In this document: positions 61,408 through 64,000 of the stretch, one piece after another
How positions within the stretch are numbered: the first letter of the stretch is position 1
Layout of the letters: each line of letters starts with the position of its first letter
Source: the human T2T-CHM13v2.0 reference genome, Homo sapiens
Length of the DNA stretch: 64,000 bases
Reading direction: 5' to 3' (one strand)
Assembly: GCF_009914755.1 (NCBI RefSeq)
Contig: NC_060927.1
The notes under the pieces: model-generated
Seen by the model: only the letters and a program-made list of their open reading frames with translations
Database searches by the model: none
Told to the model about the DNA's origin: nothing
Position numbers and translations under genes: made by a program

Positions 61408-62736
61408 AGACTCAGTTCTTTCAGCCTTAAAATGGAGATAGTGTTGTGTCTCCTTCACAGATGTGTTGTAGAGCCCCAGTGAGATAAACGGTGCATGGAG
61501 AGTCTTCTTAAACTGTAGAGTACTGTGCAGCAGAAGAGAGAGCTGGCTTCAACACTTAGTCTTGTGACCTTGGAGCTGACGGCTGCACCTCCCTGTGCCT
61601 CAGTGCATTCATCTACAAAATAGGAATAAACACATTTCTTGCTCTTTCCTTTGTATTTCATTTTATCTTCTAAGGAAACCAACAGTATACTTGCTATTTC
61701 GTCGAGGTGCCCTACTTTGAACTTGGCTGAATGTTGGCTGATCCTGTATCACAGAAGTTATTCCCTGGCTTCTCTTTGGAACGTTCCTCTGAGGTTGTCA
61801 GGCTGATACCTTTATAGCAAGCAACTTTACAGATGAAGAAGCTAAGACTCAGACTAAAAGCAGTTTGCCCAGCTAGAAAGTGCGGAGCTATGTCTTGAAC
61901 ATATTGGAAAACCTTTTACCCAGGACCTGGGGCAGTGTGGTGCTCTATCCTGGGACTTCCTGCTATCCAGCAGCATGGTGAAGAAAGAACACAGATCTTT
62001 CAGATCTGTTTCCATCTTTAAACCTCTGGCACTACCTGCCCTGCCCTGCCTTTACTCTCAGCTGTCAGCTTTGCTTCCCATTCCACTGGGAAAATCCATG
62101 CAGTCGGATGAGAAGTTCACAGGCACAGTTACCCCCTCCCGCTGCATATGTGCCGGTATTATCTACATTCTGTTACTGTGAACTGTCTGCTCCTGGCAAA
62201 ACCAACCTCTCATTAGACTCCAGGTCTTCTCACCTACTCAAGGGTAATTCTTTCCTTTCTCTGCATCATTAACTGTTCTCTCTACTGGATCTTGAGCCCT
62301 TACCATTCAGGCATTTGTCCCTAATGGCCATAGAAGTCAGTAATGACCTCTCTGTTATCAAATTGTGTGATCTGTTCTCAGACCTCATCCTACTTGACCC
62401 ATCATTGGCATCTGACACCGTTCATCCTTCCACCCTGTTGACGCACTTTCGTCTCTGGTTTCTGAATCACTGTTCTCGCCATTCTCTGAATGTTCTAAAT
62501 ACTTCACTGGCTGATACTTCTCTGTGTCCATTGCTGGTTCTTATTCAGCTCCTTGACCGCTAAACAGTGACCAGTGTTTCCAACTAGCCAAGTTGGAATT
62601 TACTAAGGCTGGGTCTCGTTTCATCTACAGCCATCTGCTGGGTGACCTTATTTAGTGTCCTGGCTTTAAATATCATCAATATCCTGATGCCTCAAGTTTC
62701 TTTCTTCAGTTCAGATTTCTCCCTGAACTCCAGATT

Positions 62737-62900
62737 CCTTTTGCTTTTTCAGAGTTGGGGGCTTTCTCTGTCACCTGTGCTGGAGTGCAGTGGTGCCATC
62801 ATAGCTCACTGCAACCTTGAACTCCTAAGGCTCAATAGATCCTCCCACTTCAGCATCCCCAGTAGCTGGGACTACAGGCACGCCCTGCCACACCCAGCCA
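62737..62900 (-). mobile_element. Old Alu monomer (AluJ/FRAM-like)
   Basis: atcatagctcactgcaaccttgaactcc; TSD agattc(c/t)ttt; absent from the left arm. Confidence 0.82.
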
Positions 62901-63794
62901 AGATTCTTTTTTTAATCTACCTTTGTACTCAAAAGCTGTACTAAGAGGTCTAACAGGCATTTGAGATTAATAGATCCCAAACTGAGTTCCTGGTTCCCAC
63001 CCAATCCTGCTCCTTCCACCAGCCTTCTTTATCATAGATAATGGTGGCTCTGTTGTTCCACCTGTTCAAACAGAACACCTGGAGTCACCTTGTACTCTTA
63101 TTCTCCTAGTCCACTTCTAATTCCACAGAAGATCTGGTTTTCTCTACTTTTAGGTTCTTAGAATCTGACCACTTTTAGGCCCTTCTGCTGCTACTTTGGA
63201 TCAGGCCAGTGTCATCTCTCACAGCCTTACTGGGATTAGAGCAGAAACATGGGACATGATGCTTAGAATCTCAGATTGTGTAGGCCAGTGGTTGTCACCC
63301 TGCCCTAAGCTGGACCCAAGCTATTCATGGAGTGTCCTGGAACTGCTGCAGGGATGGGTGGGAAGTTGAGTGGGTGGGATTTGGGTGCCTGTTTTCCCTA
63401 TCAGCAGTCTCAGTCAGAGCCGCCTGCTTCTGTCTGTTTTACATATTTGGTTTCTGCACTAGATTTCTTTGAATAACAGGTTCCACTTTTTTAGATAATT
63501 TACAAACTGTTTATTGCAATTGAACTCTCCTCCCCTAAGGCATTGACCTGATTTGATAACATCAGGATCTTTCTCCCACGCCCCTGCAATCTCTCCTGTG
63601 TGGCAGGTTTTCTGTGGTTGTACCTGAAGGCCAATTAGTTGCCAGGCAGTCTTATCTGGCCTGCCCACTGGTACCAGAATGATCTCTAACACAGCCCATT
63701 GCACAAGACCCAAGTGTCAGTGAGCCTCTGTGTTCAGTGAAGGAGACTGAGCTTTGATATAAAAGGCTGCAGAGTGATGGAGCCATCAGCTTGT

Positions 63795-63975
63795 TTTTTT
63801 TTTTTTTTCTTGTTTTTTTTTTCCTTGAGACAGTGTCTTACTCTGTTGCCCACCCTGGAGTGCAGTGGTGCAATCACAGCTCACTGCAGCCTCAACCTCC
63901 CCAGGCTCAGGGGATCCTCCCACCTCAGCCTCCTGAGTAGCTGGAACTACAGGCGTGTGCAACCACGCCCAGGCT
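63795..63975 (-). mobile_element. AluJ (partial)
   Basis: Poly-T, atcacagctcactgcagcctcaacctcc. Confidence 0.85.
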
Positions 63976-64000
63976 GGTTTTGAACTCCTGGGCTTTAAGC

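Larger units (their letters stand above)
60800..63237 (+). repeat. Right arm of the inverted duplication, in ACAD9 intron 1
   Basis: Collinear inverted match to 54705-56610, with two extra Alu insertions. Confidence 0.93.

Overview
This is hominid (human or human-like) genomic DNA. The only intact protein-coding sequence is ACAD9 exon 1 (ATG 60412, donor after 60561) behind a CpG-rich promoter. From recall of the human map this is the RAB7A-ACAD9 interval of 3q21; the window itself does not show that. The rest is a dense repeat and pseudogene field. (1) 5.8-22.7 kb: a nested retroviral stack (HERV-L > ERV1 LTR > LTR3 > HERV-H + AluY, with readable target-site duplications), then a second HERV-H with a Phe-like primer site. 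(2) 23.3-34.3 kb: a decayed minus-strand tandem array of five single-coding-exon MARK/SMOK-like kinase copies, with a surviving RFX/GC-box/MYB promoter-like element. (3) An ERV3/HERV-R-like provirus. (4) Unprocessed duplicated exons of IFT122 and CIDEC, separated by a MIR-derived 40-nt minisatellite. (5) An old inverted duplication whose arms bracket the ACAD9 promoter and exon 1 and share a strikingly similar ~0.8 kb core. No prokaryote-type system (CRISPR, operon) is present. The best leads are the SMOK-like array with its germ-cell-type promoter and the inverted repeat around ACAD9. Repeat subfamily names and identity estimates are by eye and from recall, not computed.
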